Origin: Chloroflexota bacterium | GTDB taxonomy: Bacteria; Chloroflexota; Limnocylindria; QHBO01 | Assembly: GCA_005879775.1 (NCBI GenBank) | Contig: VBJX01000001.1 | Coordinates: 12,671 to 54,273 of the forward strand | Direction of reading: 5' to 3' | DNA length: 41,603 nt | Shown: piece by piece, positions 23,968-32,812 of the stretch | Layout of the letters: every line of letters begins with the position of its first letter | Numbering within the stretch: position 1 is the first letter of the stretch | The notes under the pieces: generated by a model | What the model was told of the DNA's origin: nothing | Database searches by the model: none | Seen by the model: only the letters and a program-made list of their open reading frames with translations | Translations under genes and position numbers: made by a program

Positions 23968-25278
23968 TCAGCTGTCCTCGAGTGAGTGGAAGACCATGCC
24001 CGTCAGAAGCTTGGGGTAAAAGTAGGTCGACTTGTGAGGCATCACCTCGCCGGCGTTCGCCACGGCGGCGAGCTGCTCGAGCTTGGTGGGACGGACGAGG
24101 ATCGCGGCCTTGGCCGCTCCGCGCGCCACGGCGGCGAGAGCCTCCGCCTCGTCCCTAGTGTAGGCCACCCGATCCTCCGCGTCGGAAGACGCCAGATCGA
24201 TCCCCAGCCGATCGCCGAGGATCGCGGTGTGCAGGATCGCCAGGTCCAGGGTGCGCACCGCCTCACCCGTCCGCTCCCGTCGCATTCGCTCGGCGATCGC
24301 GTCCCGATTCCCGACCAGCAGGAACCCCTGATCCCCCGGCAGCACCAGGCCGAAGACTGCCCGGTCGTCGCTGCCCAGGGCTGCCAGGCGTGTGGGCAGC
24401 TCCTCCGGCGCCACGGGTATGGCCGCCCACAACGGGTCTGTCCCCGCTCCCAGCGAGGCAAGCGCCTCCACGTCAGCCTCCAGGAGGAGCCGATGGGTGG
24501 GTCTTATCTCGAGCTCCTCCAACTCGGCGTTGACAAGCACCACCATCACCCAGTCCGCGGGCAGCTCGCCGGGCGGAGCATCTGCCACGTGTGGGTCGGC
24601 TCGCACCTCAGCCTGGTAGGCGAGAGCGGTCTCGTAGCGGTGATGCCCGTCCGCGATGAAGAGGCGCTGCCGCGAGAGGAAGCTGCTCAGCTGCTCATCG
24701 GGGTCCCGGGCGGCGAGCGTGTGCAGCAGCCCGTCGTCGTCGCGGGCGCGCCATGCATCGTTTCCCGGCTGGCTCATCACCTGGCGGTAGTCCTCGGAGC
24801 CATCGAAATAGATGGCCAGGATCGGCGAGAGCTGCGTGTGGGTGGCGCGCAGCAGTGCCAGCCGATCGGCCTTCGGGCCGGCGAAGGTGTGCTCGTGCGC
24901 GCGCACATCGGCGCCGAATGGCTCCAGCAGGACACGCGCCAGGACGCCGTGCACGGCGGGCTCGTCGGGCGTCGCCGGTCGCGCGAAGCTGTAGTCGTAG
25001 GCCGATGGCGCGGCTCGCCGCTCGAGCGTCCCATCCGCCTGCCAGGCGGCAAGGGTCCGGGCGGCAGCCGCGTGGGGATCGGGCTCGGGCGCCAACTCCA
25101 GGCGGACCGCATTGTGGGGGTCCCGGGCGAGCAGCGAGGCCTGCTGTACCGGTGAGATGACGTCGTACGGCGGGCAGACAACGTCCGTCAGGTCTGCGAG
25201 GCGACCACCCGCCGTGGCGTCGACCGCGTATCGGTCGAGCGCGTAGCCGAGGCCGCGGAATGGACGGACGAGGGGCAT
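23968..25278 (-). CDS. DUF1015 domain-containing protein
   Basis: From ATG 25278: MPLVRPFRGLGY...VVCPPYDVISP...LFIADGHHRYETALAY...EVMPHKSTYFYPKLLTGMVFHSL, the characteristic DUF1015 motifs. The 91-codon upstream extension in the track ORF is Arg/Pro junk overlapping the divergent gene. Confidence 0.85.
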   Translation of the reverse strand: MPLVRPFRGLGYALDRYAVDATAGGRLADLTDVVCPPYDVISPVQQASLLARDPHNAVRLELAPEPDPHAAAARTLAAWQADGTLERRAAPSAYDYSFARPATPDEPAVHGVLARVLLEPFGADVRAHEHTFAGPKADRLALLRATHTQLSPILAIYFDGSEDYRQVMSQPGNDAWRARDDDGLLHTLAARDPDEQLSSFLSRQRLFIADGHHRYETALAYQAEVRADPHVADAPPGELPADWVMVVLVNAELEELEIRPTHRLLLEADVEALASLGAGTDPLWAAIPVAPEELPTRLAALGSDDRAVFGLVLPGDQGFLLVGNRDAIAERMRRERTGEAVRTLDLAILHTAILGDRLGIDLASSDAEDRVAYTRDEAEALAAVARGAAKAAILVRPTKLEQLAAVANAGEVMPHKSTYFYPKLLTGMVFHSLEDS

Positions 25279-25328
25279 GGCCCCGAGTGTACCGACCGTC
25301 CGTGCCGCCTCTCTGCCATCATCGGTCG

Positions 25329-27278
25329 ATGGCCGAGCCCGAGATCCTGTGGCAGCCAGCGGCCGACGTGCGAGAGCGCACTCGGATCGGCCGCTACCTC
25401 GAGTGGATGGCGGGCCGTGGCCGAACGTTCGCCGACTACGACGAGCTGTGGCACTGGTCCGTCGACGACCTCGAGGGGTTCTGGCGCTCGGTCTGGGACT
25501 TCGGCGAGGTGCGTTCCAGCACGCCGGTCGGCCGCGTCCTGGCCGATCCACGGATGCCCGGCGCAGTCTGGTTCCCCGAGGTCAGGCTGAACTGGGCGGA
25601 GCACGCCCTGCGGCTTGTGTCGCGCGCTGACAACGACAACGTCCTGATCGCCCATTCCGAGTCACGCGAACGATCAACGCTGACGGTCGGCGAGCTCCGG
25701 GACGCCGTGGCCAGGGTTCGCGCCGGTCTCCAGCGCCTGGGGGTGGGACCCGGCGACCGGGTGGCTGCGATCCTGCCCAACGTGCCGGAGGCGATCGTCG
25801 CGCTGCTGGCGACCGCCAGCCTGGGGGCCATCTGGACTTCCTGTGCGCCCGAGTTCGGCTCCCGCAGCGTGGTCGATCGGTTCAGTCAGGTCGAGCCCAA
25901 GGTGCTGCTCGCGATCGATGGCTATCGGTATGCCGGACGGGTCGTCGACCGGACCGATGAGCTGGCGGCCGTCCGCGCGGCCCTTCCCGGGCTGTCGGCC
26001 ACGGTGGTCCTCCCCTACCTCGACGCCGATGCCCAGCCGCCCGATGGAACGCTCGGCTGGTCCGAGCTCACCGCCCAGATCGGGCCGTTGGAGTTCGAGC
26101 AGGTCCCCTTCGACCATCCCCTGTACGTCCTCTACAGCTCGGGCACCACCGGCCTCCCCAAGCCGATCGTCCACGGCCATGGCGGGATCCTGCTCGAGCA
26201 TCTCAAGATCCACGCGCTGCACCACGACCTGGGGCCGGAAGATCGCTTCTTCTGGTTCACGACCACTGGCTGGATGATGTGGAACTACCTGGCATCGGGC
26301 CTGCTGGTCGATGCCAGCCTGGTGCTCTACGACGGCGCGCCGGGCCATCCCGATCTGAACGCCCTCTGGCGCCTGGCGGCCGATGAGCGGATCACCTTCT
26401 TCGGGACGAGCGCGCCGTTCTTGATGGCCTGCCGCAAGGCCGGACTGACGCCGGGGCGCGATCTCGACCTCTCGGGGCTGCGCGGCATCGGTTCGACGGG
26501 AGCCCCGCTTCCCACGGAGGGCTTCCGCTGGGTCTACGAAGCGGTCGGCGAGCGCCTGCAGCTGCAGAGCGTGTCGGGCGGGACGGATGTGTGCACGGCG
26601 TTCGTCGGCGGCTCCCCGCTCGTCCCGGTGTGGGAGGGCGAGATCAGCTGTCGCCACCTCGGCTGCCGGATCGAGGCCTTCGACCCCGAGGGTCGCCCGC
26701 TCATCGGCCAGCAGGGAGAGCTGGTGATCACCGCGCCGATGCCATCCATGCCGGTGGCCTTCTGGAATGACCCCGATGGCTTGCGCTACCGCGCGGCCTA
26801 CTTCGAGCAGTACCCCGGCGTCTGGCGCCACGGCGACTGGATCACGATCAGCGGGCGCGGGACGTGCGTCATCAGCGGGCGCTCGGACGCGACCCTCAAC
26901 CGCGGCGGGGTGCGGATCGGCACAGCCGAGTTCTACGCAGTGGTCGAGGCGTTGCCCGAGGTGGCCGACAGCGTCGTGATCCACCTGGAGGAGACCGATC
27001 AGCTCCTCCTCTTCGTCGCCCTGCGCGACGGCTCTGAGCTGACCGATGAGCTCCGAGCGCGGATCGTGGCCGAGCTGCGCCGCGCGCTCTCGCCGCGCCA
27101 CGCGCCCGATCGGATCGTGGCCGTGCCGGCCATCCCTCGGACGCTCTCCGGGAAGAAGCTGGAGGTCCCGGTCAAGCGGATCCTGGGCGGCACTCCCCCG
27201 GATGCAGCCGCGTCACGCGGATCCCTCACCAACCCCGAGTCCCTCGACGCGTTCGTGGCATTTGCCCGGGATCTTTGA
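25329..27278 (+). CDS. acetoacetyl-CoA synthetase (acetoacetate--CoA ligase), AMP-forming
   Basis: From ATG 25329: MAEPEILWQPAADVRERTRIGRYLEWMAGRGRTFADYDELWHWSVDDLEGFWRSVWDF, the typical AACS N-terminus. Also the AMP-binding motif YSSGTTGLPKPIVH and C-terminal SGKKLEVPVKRIL. About 650 aa. Confidence 0.85.
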   Translation: MAEPEILWQPAADVRERTRIGRYLEWMAGRGRTFADYDELWHWSVDDLEGFWRSVWDFGEVRSSTPVGRVLADPRMPGAVWFPEVRLNWAEHALRLVSRADNDNVLIAHSESRERSTLTVGELRDAVARVRAGLQRLGVGPGDRVAAILPNVPEAIVALLATASLGAIWTSCAPEFGSRSVVDRFSQVEPKVLLAIDGYRYAGRVVDRTDELAAVRAALPGLSATVVLPYLDADAQPPDGTLGWSELTAQIGPLEFEQVPFDHPLYVLYSSGTTGLPKPIVHGHGGILLEHLKIHALHHDLGPEDRFFWFTTTGWMMWNYLASGLLVDASLVLYDGAPGHPDLNALWRLAADERITFFGTSAPFLMACRKAGLTPGRDLDLSGLRGIGSTGAPLPTEGFRWVYEAVGERLQLQSVSGGTDVCTAFVGGSPLVPVWEGEISCRHLGCRIEAFDPEGRPLIGQQGELVITAPMPSMPVAFWNDPDGLRYRAAYFEQYPGVWRHGDWITISGRGTCVISGRSDATLNRGGVRIGTAEFYAVVEALPEVADSVVIHLEETDQLLLFVALRDGSELTDELRARIVAELRRALSPRHAPDRIVAVPAIPRTLSGKKLEVPVKRILGGTPPDAAASRGSLTNPESLDAFVAFARDL

Positions 27279-27372
27279 CCGGCAGCGGGGCCGTGCTGGC
27301 GCGTCAGACCCCTTCGTGCTGCACGAGCGGCCACGACAGGCCGGCCAGGGGGGCGCCTCCCAGCCGACCCGA

Positions 27373-28524
27373 CTACATCGCCCGGATGCCGAGGAGGTTG
27401 CGGGCGATCACCAGGCGCTGGATCTGGCTGGTTCCCTCGCCGATCTCGGTGAGCTTCGCGTCGCGCAGGTAGCGCTCGACGTGGTACTCGGTGATGTACC
27501 CGTACCCGCCGTGGACCTGGATCGCGTCGTTGGTCACCTGCCGCGCCACCTCTGAGGCGAACAGCTTGGCCATCGCCGCCTCGGTGGTGTACGGCTGCCC
27601 CTGGTCCTTGAGCCACGCCGCGCGGTAGACGAGCAGGCGGGCCGCGTCGATCTGGGTCGCCATGTCGGCGATCATGAAGGCCACGCCCTGGAACGAGGCG
27701 ATCGGCCGCCCGAACTGCTGCCGCTCCTTGGCATAGGCCGATGCCGCCTCGTAGGCGGCCTGCGCCAGCCCGAGGGCCATGGCCCCGATCCCGATCCGGC
27801 CGCCGTCGAGGGTCTTCAGGAAGAGCCGGTCCCCCTCGCCCTCGGCGCCGAGCAGGTTGGCTGCGGGGATGCGGCAGTCATCGAAGAGGAGCTCCCCGGT
27901 ACGGCTGGCATGGAGCCCCATCTTCTCCTCCATCCGGCCGATCGAGAAGCCGGGGGCATCGGCCTCGACGATGAAGGCGCTGATGTGCCCGCTCTCCGCG
28001 TCGCGATCGGTGACGGCGGTGACGATGTAGACGCCGGCCACACCGGCGTTGGTGATGAAGCGCTTGCTGCCGTTGAGGATCCACTCGTCGCCCTCGCGCC
28101 GGGCATGGGTGCGCGTCCCGCGTGAGTCGGATCCCGCCTCGGCCTCGGTGAGCCCGTACGCCCCGAGCCTGGCCCCGCTGGCCAGCGGCCGAAGGAAGTG
28201 TTCCTTCTGCTCATCGGTGCCGGCCAGGTAGAGCGGGTTGCACCCAAGGCTGGTGTGCGCGCTGACGATGATCCCCATGCTTCCCGAGGCGCGCGACAGC
28301 TCCTCGATCGTGATCGCGTACGCCAGCGAGTCGAGCCCGGTGCCGCCCACCTCCTCCGGGTACGGCACGCCCAGCAGGCCGAGCTCGGCAGCCCGCCGCA
28401 CGAGGTCGTGTGGGAACTCGCCGCTGCGCTCCATCTCATCGGCGACCGGCATGATCTCGCGCTCGGCGAAGGTGCGGACGGTGCGCCGGATCTCTTCGTG
28501 CTGCGGGGAGAGGCCGAAGTCCAT
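27373..28524 (-). CDS. acyl-CoA dehydrogenase (short/medium-chain type)
   Basis: YGLTEAEAGSDS, ISAFIVE, QFGRPIASFQGVAFMIADMAT and QVHGGYGYITEYHVERYLRDAKLTEIGEGTSQIQRLVIAR are classic ACAD motifs, including the C-terminal catalytic Glu region. Confidence 0.9.
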   Translation of the reverse strand: MDFGLSPQHEEIRRTVRTFAEREIMPVADEMERSGEFPHDLVRRAAELGLLGVPYPEEVGGTGLDSLAYAITIEELSRASGSMGIIVSAHTSLGCNPLYLAGTDEQKEHFLRPLASGARLGAYGLTEAEAGSDSRGTRTHARREGDEWILNGSKRFITNAGVAGVYIVTAVTDRDAESGHISAFIVEADAPGFSIGRMEEKMGLHASRTGELLFDDCRIPAANLLGAEGEGDRLFLKTLDGGRIGIGAMALGLAQAAYEAASAYAKERQQFGRPIASFQGVAFMIADMATQIDAARLLVYRAAWLKDQGQPYTTEAAMAKLFASEVARQVTNDAIQVHGGYGYITEYHVERYLRDAKLTEIGEGTSQIQRLVIARNLLGIRAM

Positions 28525-28588
28525 CGGTCTGTTCGAAACCCTCGTGGAAACGGTGGGCGAGCGGGTGCGAGTCTAGCAGTCCCCTTCG

Positions 28589-28619
28589 TTGACACCGGCT
28601 CGCCGCACGGTCCTATACT
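28589..28619 (+). promoter_or_regulatory. candidate sigma70-type promoter for the second Pot-like operon
   Basis: TTGACA (28589-28594), a 19-nt spacer, then TATACT (28614-28619). It is followed by a small hairpin (CGCGCC-ctagatc-GGCGCG) and GAGGAA 6 nt before GTG 28681. Confidence 0.4.
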
Positions 28620-28680
28620 CGCGCCCTAGATCGGCGCGGAGGCCCTGCTGCTGGGACTCCCGCTCGCACGAGGAATCGGC

Positions 28681-29835
28681 GTGCCGCCCCAGATCGACGT
28701 CCGGCTCGACCGGGTCACGAAGCGGTTCCACGAAGTCGTCGCGGTCGACGATCTGTCGCTGGAAATTCAACGTGGCGAGTTCTTCTCAATGCTCGGCCCG
28801 TCCGGCTGCGGCAAGACCACGACCCTGCGCATGATCGGTGGCTTCGAGGAGCCAAGCGAGGGAGCGATCTACCTGGGCGAGACCGATGTGACGGGCCTGC
28901 CGCCCTTCAAGCGCGACGTCAACACGGTCTTCCAGAACTACGCTCTCTTCCCGCACCTGACCGTCTTCGAGAACGTTGCCTTCGGCCTGCGGCGCCGCAA
29001 GGTGGCGACCGACCAGATCGCCTCCGAGGTGACCGCCATGCTCGAGCTGGTGGAGCTGCCCGGCTACGAAGCCCGGAAACCGTCGCAGCTCTCAGGCGGC
29101 CAGCAGCAGCGCGTGGCGCTGGCGCGGGCTCTCATCAATCACCCGCGGGTGCTGCTCCTCGACGAGCCGCTCGGCGCACTCGACCTGAAGTTGCGCAAGC
29201 AGATGCAGCTGGAGCTCAAGCGGATCCAGACCGAGGTGGGGATCACCTTCATCTACGTGACCCACGACCAGGAAGAGGCGATGACCATGTCCGACCGGAT
29301 CGCGGTGATGCGCGCCGGCCGGATCGAGCAGCTCGGCAACCCAGAGGAGCTCTACGAGCGGCCGACCACGCCGTTCGTGGCCGGCTTCCTGGGCGTCTCG
29401 AACCTGCTGGAGGGCGAGGTCGCCGGGCACGACGGGGCCCTGGTCAGCATCCGGCTGCGCGATGGCACCGTGCTCCGCGCCCCGGCCGACGGGGTGGCGG
29501 CCAGCGGCCCGGTCCGCGTGGGCGTTCGCCCTGAAAAGCTGCGGGTGGAGGCCGGCGAGGCAGGTCCCTCGGACGGCCTCAACGCCCTGGCCGGCGTCGT
29601 CCTCGACGCCAGCTACATCGGGGTCAGCACCCAGTACGTGATCCAGACAGCCGATGGCCATCGGCTGACGGTCTATGCGCAGAACCTGGACACCGCCGGC
29701 GCCTCCGAGGCGATGGCCGGTGGCCAGCGCGTCCACCTCACCTGGAAGCCACAGCACACCTTCGTCATCAGCGGGCCCGCTGAGCATGTCGCGGGTGACC
29801 CGCACCTACCAGAGGAAGGAGAGACCGATGTCTGA
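28681..29835 (+). CDS. potA: ABC transporter ATP-binding protein, PotA-like (second copy)
   Basis: Walker [45 protein letters not shown]. It shares long identical blocks with the ATPase at 7028..8125. GTG start. Confidence 0.9.
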   Translation: MPPQIDVRLDRVTKRFHEVVAVDDLSLEIQRGEFFSMLGPSGCGKTTTLRMIGGFEEPSEGAIYLGETDVTGLPPFKRDVNTVFQNYALFPHLTVFENVAFGLRRRKVATDQIASEVTAMLELVELPGYEARKPSQLSGGQQQRVALARALINHPRVLLLDEPLGALDLKLRKQMQLELKRIQTEVGITFIYVTHDQEEAMTMSDRIAVMRAGRIEQLGNPEELYERPTTPFVAGFLGVSNLLEGEVAGHDGALVSIRLRDGTVLRAPADGVAASGPVRVGVRPEKLRVEAGEAGPSDGLNALAGVVLDASYIGVSTQYVIQTADGHRLTVYAQNLDTAGASEAMAGGQRVHLTWKPQHTFVISGPAEHVAGDPHLPEEGETDV

Positions 29836-31075
29836 CCCGGAGCGCAGCCAGATCGAGCTTGCCATCGACCAGGTGTTTCGGCGCGAGCTGATCTCCCGCC
29901 GCACCCTCCTGCGGCGCGGCGCGAAGGGTGGCCTGGCGGTCGGAGCGATGCTAACCCTGCCCTCGCTGCTGGCAGCCTGCGCTCCGGCCAAGACCCAGCT
30001 GGAGTGGGCCAACTGGCCGCTCTACATCGACATCGACGAGACCGCCGCTCCCGACCCGACGAAGTACCCGACCCTGAATGCCTTCATCAAGCAGACCGGC
30101 ATCAAGGTCCACTACGTCGAGTCGATCAACGACAACGAGGAGTTCTACGGAACCATCCGGCCCGACCTGGCGGCCGGCAACCCGACCGACTGGGACGTCA
30201 TCAGCCCCACCTCCTGGATGGTCAAGAAGATGGCCGACCTGGGCTACCTGGAGGAGATCGACCACTCCAAGCTGCCCCTTTGGACCGCGAACTGCGCCGA
30301 CTACGCAAAGGGCCTCTGGTTCGATGCCGACAACAAATACAGCGTCTGGTGGCAGGGCGGGATCACCGGCCTCGGCTACGACCCGAACCTGACCGGGCGC
30401 GAGATCACCTCGTTCGATGACCTGTTCGATCCGAAGTTCAAGGGCCGGGTCGGTGGCTTCAGCGACATGCGCGACATGATGACGCTGACCCTGGCCACGC
30501 TCGGCATCAACCCCACGACTGCCACGGTCGCCGACGCGGGCAAGGCGCGCGACAAGCTGCTGGCCGCAGCACAGGCCGGCCAGTTCCGCGGCTTCTACGG
30601 CAACGAGTACTACGACTCGCTGGCCGCAGGGGACCTGGTCGCATCTGTCGCCTGGTCGGGCGACATCACCCAGATGCAGCTGAACGACAACGACAAGGTC
30701 CAGTTCGTGGTCCCCAAGGATGGAGCCCCGCGCTGGAACGACAACCTGTGCATTCCCAAGAAGGCGGCCTGGGTCGACCAGGCCCACAAGCTGTTCAACT
30801 ACTGGTACGACCCGGTGGCCGCCACCACCCTTTCCGAGTACATCGGCTACTTCACCCCGGTGAAGGGGGTTTCGGAGCGGATCAAGGCCGATGCCGACAG
30901 CTATCGCGCCAATGGCGACACCGAAGACGCCGACTACTACGACGCCGTGGCGCCGACGGTCGCCCCTACCGCGGACGACCTGGCCAAGACATTCGACTAC
31001 CCGACGCTGGAGAACCCCGCCGACGAGAAGGCCTGGAACGACATGTTCAACGAGGTCGTCACCGCCCAGGGATGA
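29828..31075 (+). CDS. ABC transporter substrate-binding lipoprotein with Tat-like signal (PotD/PotF-like)
   Basis: From ATG 29828: MSDPERSQIELAIDQVFRRELISRRTLLRRGAKGGLAVGAMLTLPSLLAAC has a twin-arginine motif (SRRTLL) plus a lipobox (LLAAC), followed by an SBP-like body. It overlaps the ATPase 3' end by 8 nt. Confidence 0.85.
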   Translation: MSDPERSQIELAIDQVFRRELISRRTLLRRGAKGGLAVGAMLTLPSLLAACAPAKTQLEWANWPLYIDIDETAAPDPTKYPTLNAFIKQTGIKVHYVESINDNEEFYGTIRPDLAAGNPTDWDVISPTSWMVKKMADLGYLEEIDHSKLPLWTANCADYAKGLWFDADNKYSVWWQGGITGLGYDPNLTGREITSFDDLFDPKFKGRVGGFSDMRDMMTLTLATLGINPTTATVADAGKARDKLLAAAQAGQFRGFYGNEYYDSLAAGDLVASVAWSGDITQMQLNDNDKVQFVVPKDGAPRWNDNLCIPKKAAWVDQAHKLFNYWYDPVAATTLSEYIGYFTPVKGVSERIKADADSYRANGDTEDADYYDAVAPTVAPTADDLAKTFDYPTLENPADEKAWNDMFNEVVTAQG

Positions 31076-31115
31076 GGGATCTCGCCTGGCCAGCCCGGCG
31101 GTAGGGAGGGGCGCA

Positions 31116-31973
31116 ATGCCCCGTACGCGGCGTCGCCTGACGCCCTACCTCCTGCTGCTGCCCGGGACCGCCTGGCTGGTGCTCTTCTTCGCGGTGCCAA
31201 TGGGCTACATGCTCGTCATGTCGCTTCAGCAGGGCTCGCTGAGCGAGGGCTACCACCTCACCTGGAACTGGGGCATCTATCCCGACATCGCGGTCAAATA
31301 CGGCAACCTGTTCCTGCGCTCGGTGAGCTTCGCCCTGGCCACCACCGTGCTCACTCTGGCCATCGGCTATCCGATGGCCTACACCATTGCCTTCTATGGC
31401 GGACGGCTGAAGAACGCGCTCCTGCTGGTGGTGATCATGCCGTTCTTCGTCAGCTTCGTGATTCGCACCCTCAACTGGCGGATGGTCCTCTCGGACAATG
31501 GGCTGGTGTTCGGCACGTTGAAGGATGCCGGGCTGCTGGACCAGTCGTTCCGCTTCCTGGCGACGCCGGCATCGGTCATCTTCGGGCTCACCTACAACTT
31601 CCTGCCGTTCATGGTGCTGCCGCTCTTCGTGGCCCTGGAGAAGATCGACCGCCGCATGATCGAGGCCGCCGCGGACCTCTATGCCAGCCGCGCGCAGGCC
31701 TTCTGGCGGATCACCTTCCAGCTCTCGCTCCCCGGGGTGGTGGCCGGCTCGCTCCTGACCTTCATTCCTGCGGTGGGCGACTTCATCAATGCCGACATCA
31801 TCGGGGCGCGGAGTCCGGACGTGGCGATGATCGGCAACGTGATCCAGCGCCTCTTCCTCAACTCGAATGACTTCCCCGCCGCAGCGGCGCTGGGGTTCGT
31901 GCTGGTCGCCGGGACGATGCTCCTGGTGGGCGTCTACACCCGCATCGTCGGCACGGATCGGCTGACCAGCTGA
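31116..31973 (+). CDS. ABC transporter permease, PotB-like (second copy)
   Basis: From ATG 31116, with GGGAGGG at 31104-31110: MPRTRRRLTPYLLLLPGTAWLVLFFAVP... and EAA loop MIEAAADLYASRAQAFWRITFQLSLPGVVAG. Confidence 0.9.
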   Translation: MPRTRRRLTPYLLLLPGTAWLVLFFAVPMGYMLVMSLQQGSLSEGYHLTWNWGIYPDIAVKYGNLFLRSVSFALATTVLTLAIGYPMAYTIAFYGGRLKNALLLVVIMPFFVSFVIRTLNWRMVLSDNGLVFGTLKDAGLLDQSFRFLATPASVIFGLTYNFLPFMVLPLFVALEKIDRRMIEAAADLYASRAQAFWRITFQLSLPGVVAGSLLTFIPAVGDFINADIIGARSPDVAMIGNVIQRLFLNSNDFPAAAALGFVLVAGTMLLVGVYTRIVGTDRLTS

Positions 31974-32812
31974 TGGGCAGCTCGCTGGGCGGGTCGCGCC
32001 TCCTGCGCTGGCTGCTGCCAGCGTTCACCGGGCTGGTGGTCGCGTTCCTCTTCGCGCCCATCGTGGTGATGATCATCTTCAGCTTCAACAACCCGCGCGG
32101 CCATCAGAACATCACCTGGCAGGGATTCACCCTGGACAACTACCTGAACGTCTGGAGCCGCCCGGACATCACCGACCCGATGGTCACCAGCCTCACGATC
32201 GCCATCGTCTCGACGGTGGTGGCGACCATCTTCGGCACCCTCATCGCCCTCTCGCTGACCCGCTACGAGTTCCGCGGGCGGGGGCTCATGAACCTGCTCA
32301 TCTTCATCCCCATGACCGCCCCGGAGATCATCCTGGGCGCCTCGCTCCTGACCCTGTGGGTGGCGCTGGGGACCGGGCGCGGGCTGCCGACCATCCTGGT
32401 GGCCCACATCATGTTCAACATCAGCTACGTTGTCGTCACCGTGCGGGCCCGATTGATCGGCTTCAATCGGTCCCTCGAGGAGGCCGGCATGGACCTGTAT
32501 GCCAACGAGCGGACCACCTTCTGGAGGGTCACCTTCCCGCTCATCTTCCCCGGCATTCTGGCCGCGGCCCTGCTCGCCTTCGCGCTGTCGATCGACGACT
32601 ACGTGATCACCCTGTTCAGCGCCGGCCACACGGTGACCTTCCCGCTGTGGGTCTACGGCGCCAGCCGGATCGGGATCCCACCCGAGGTAAACGCACTCGG
32701 GACGGTCTTCTTCCTGATCGCCTTCGTCTTCATCGCCGTCCAGATCTGGGCGCAGCGCCGGGGAGGCCGCGAGGCTGAGGGCCCGGCTGTGGCAACGGTC
32801 GCCAGCCGATGA
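31973..32812 (+). CDS. ABC transporter permease, PotC-like (second copy)
   Basis: EAA loop LEEAGMDLYANERTTFWRVTFPLIFPGILAA. Its ATG overlaps the upstream TGA by 1 nt (TGATG). Confidence 0.9.
   Translation: MGSSLGGSRLLRWLLPAFTGLVVAFLFAPIVVMIIFSFNNPRGHQNITWQGFTLDNYLNVWSRPDITDPMVTSLTIAIVSTVVATIFGTLIALSLTRYEFRGRGLMNLLIFIPMTAPEIILGASLLTLWVALGTGRGLPTILVAHIMFNISYVVVTVRARLIGFNRSLEEAGMDLYANERTTFWRVTFPLIFPGILAAALLAFALSIDDYVITLFSAGHTVTFPLWVYGASRIGIPPEVNALGTVFFLIAFVFIAVQIWAQRRGGREAEGPAVATVASR

Noticed and set aside
27279-27372. Possible terminator between the convergent AACS and acyl-CoA dehydrogenase genes
   Set aside because: Only short imperfect palindromes are present (for example TCGTGC/GCACGA with essentially no loop). 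There is no convincing stem-loop or U-tract, so no feature was called.
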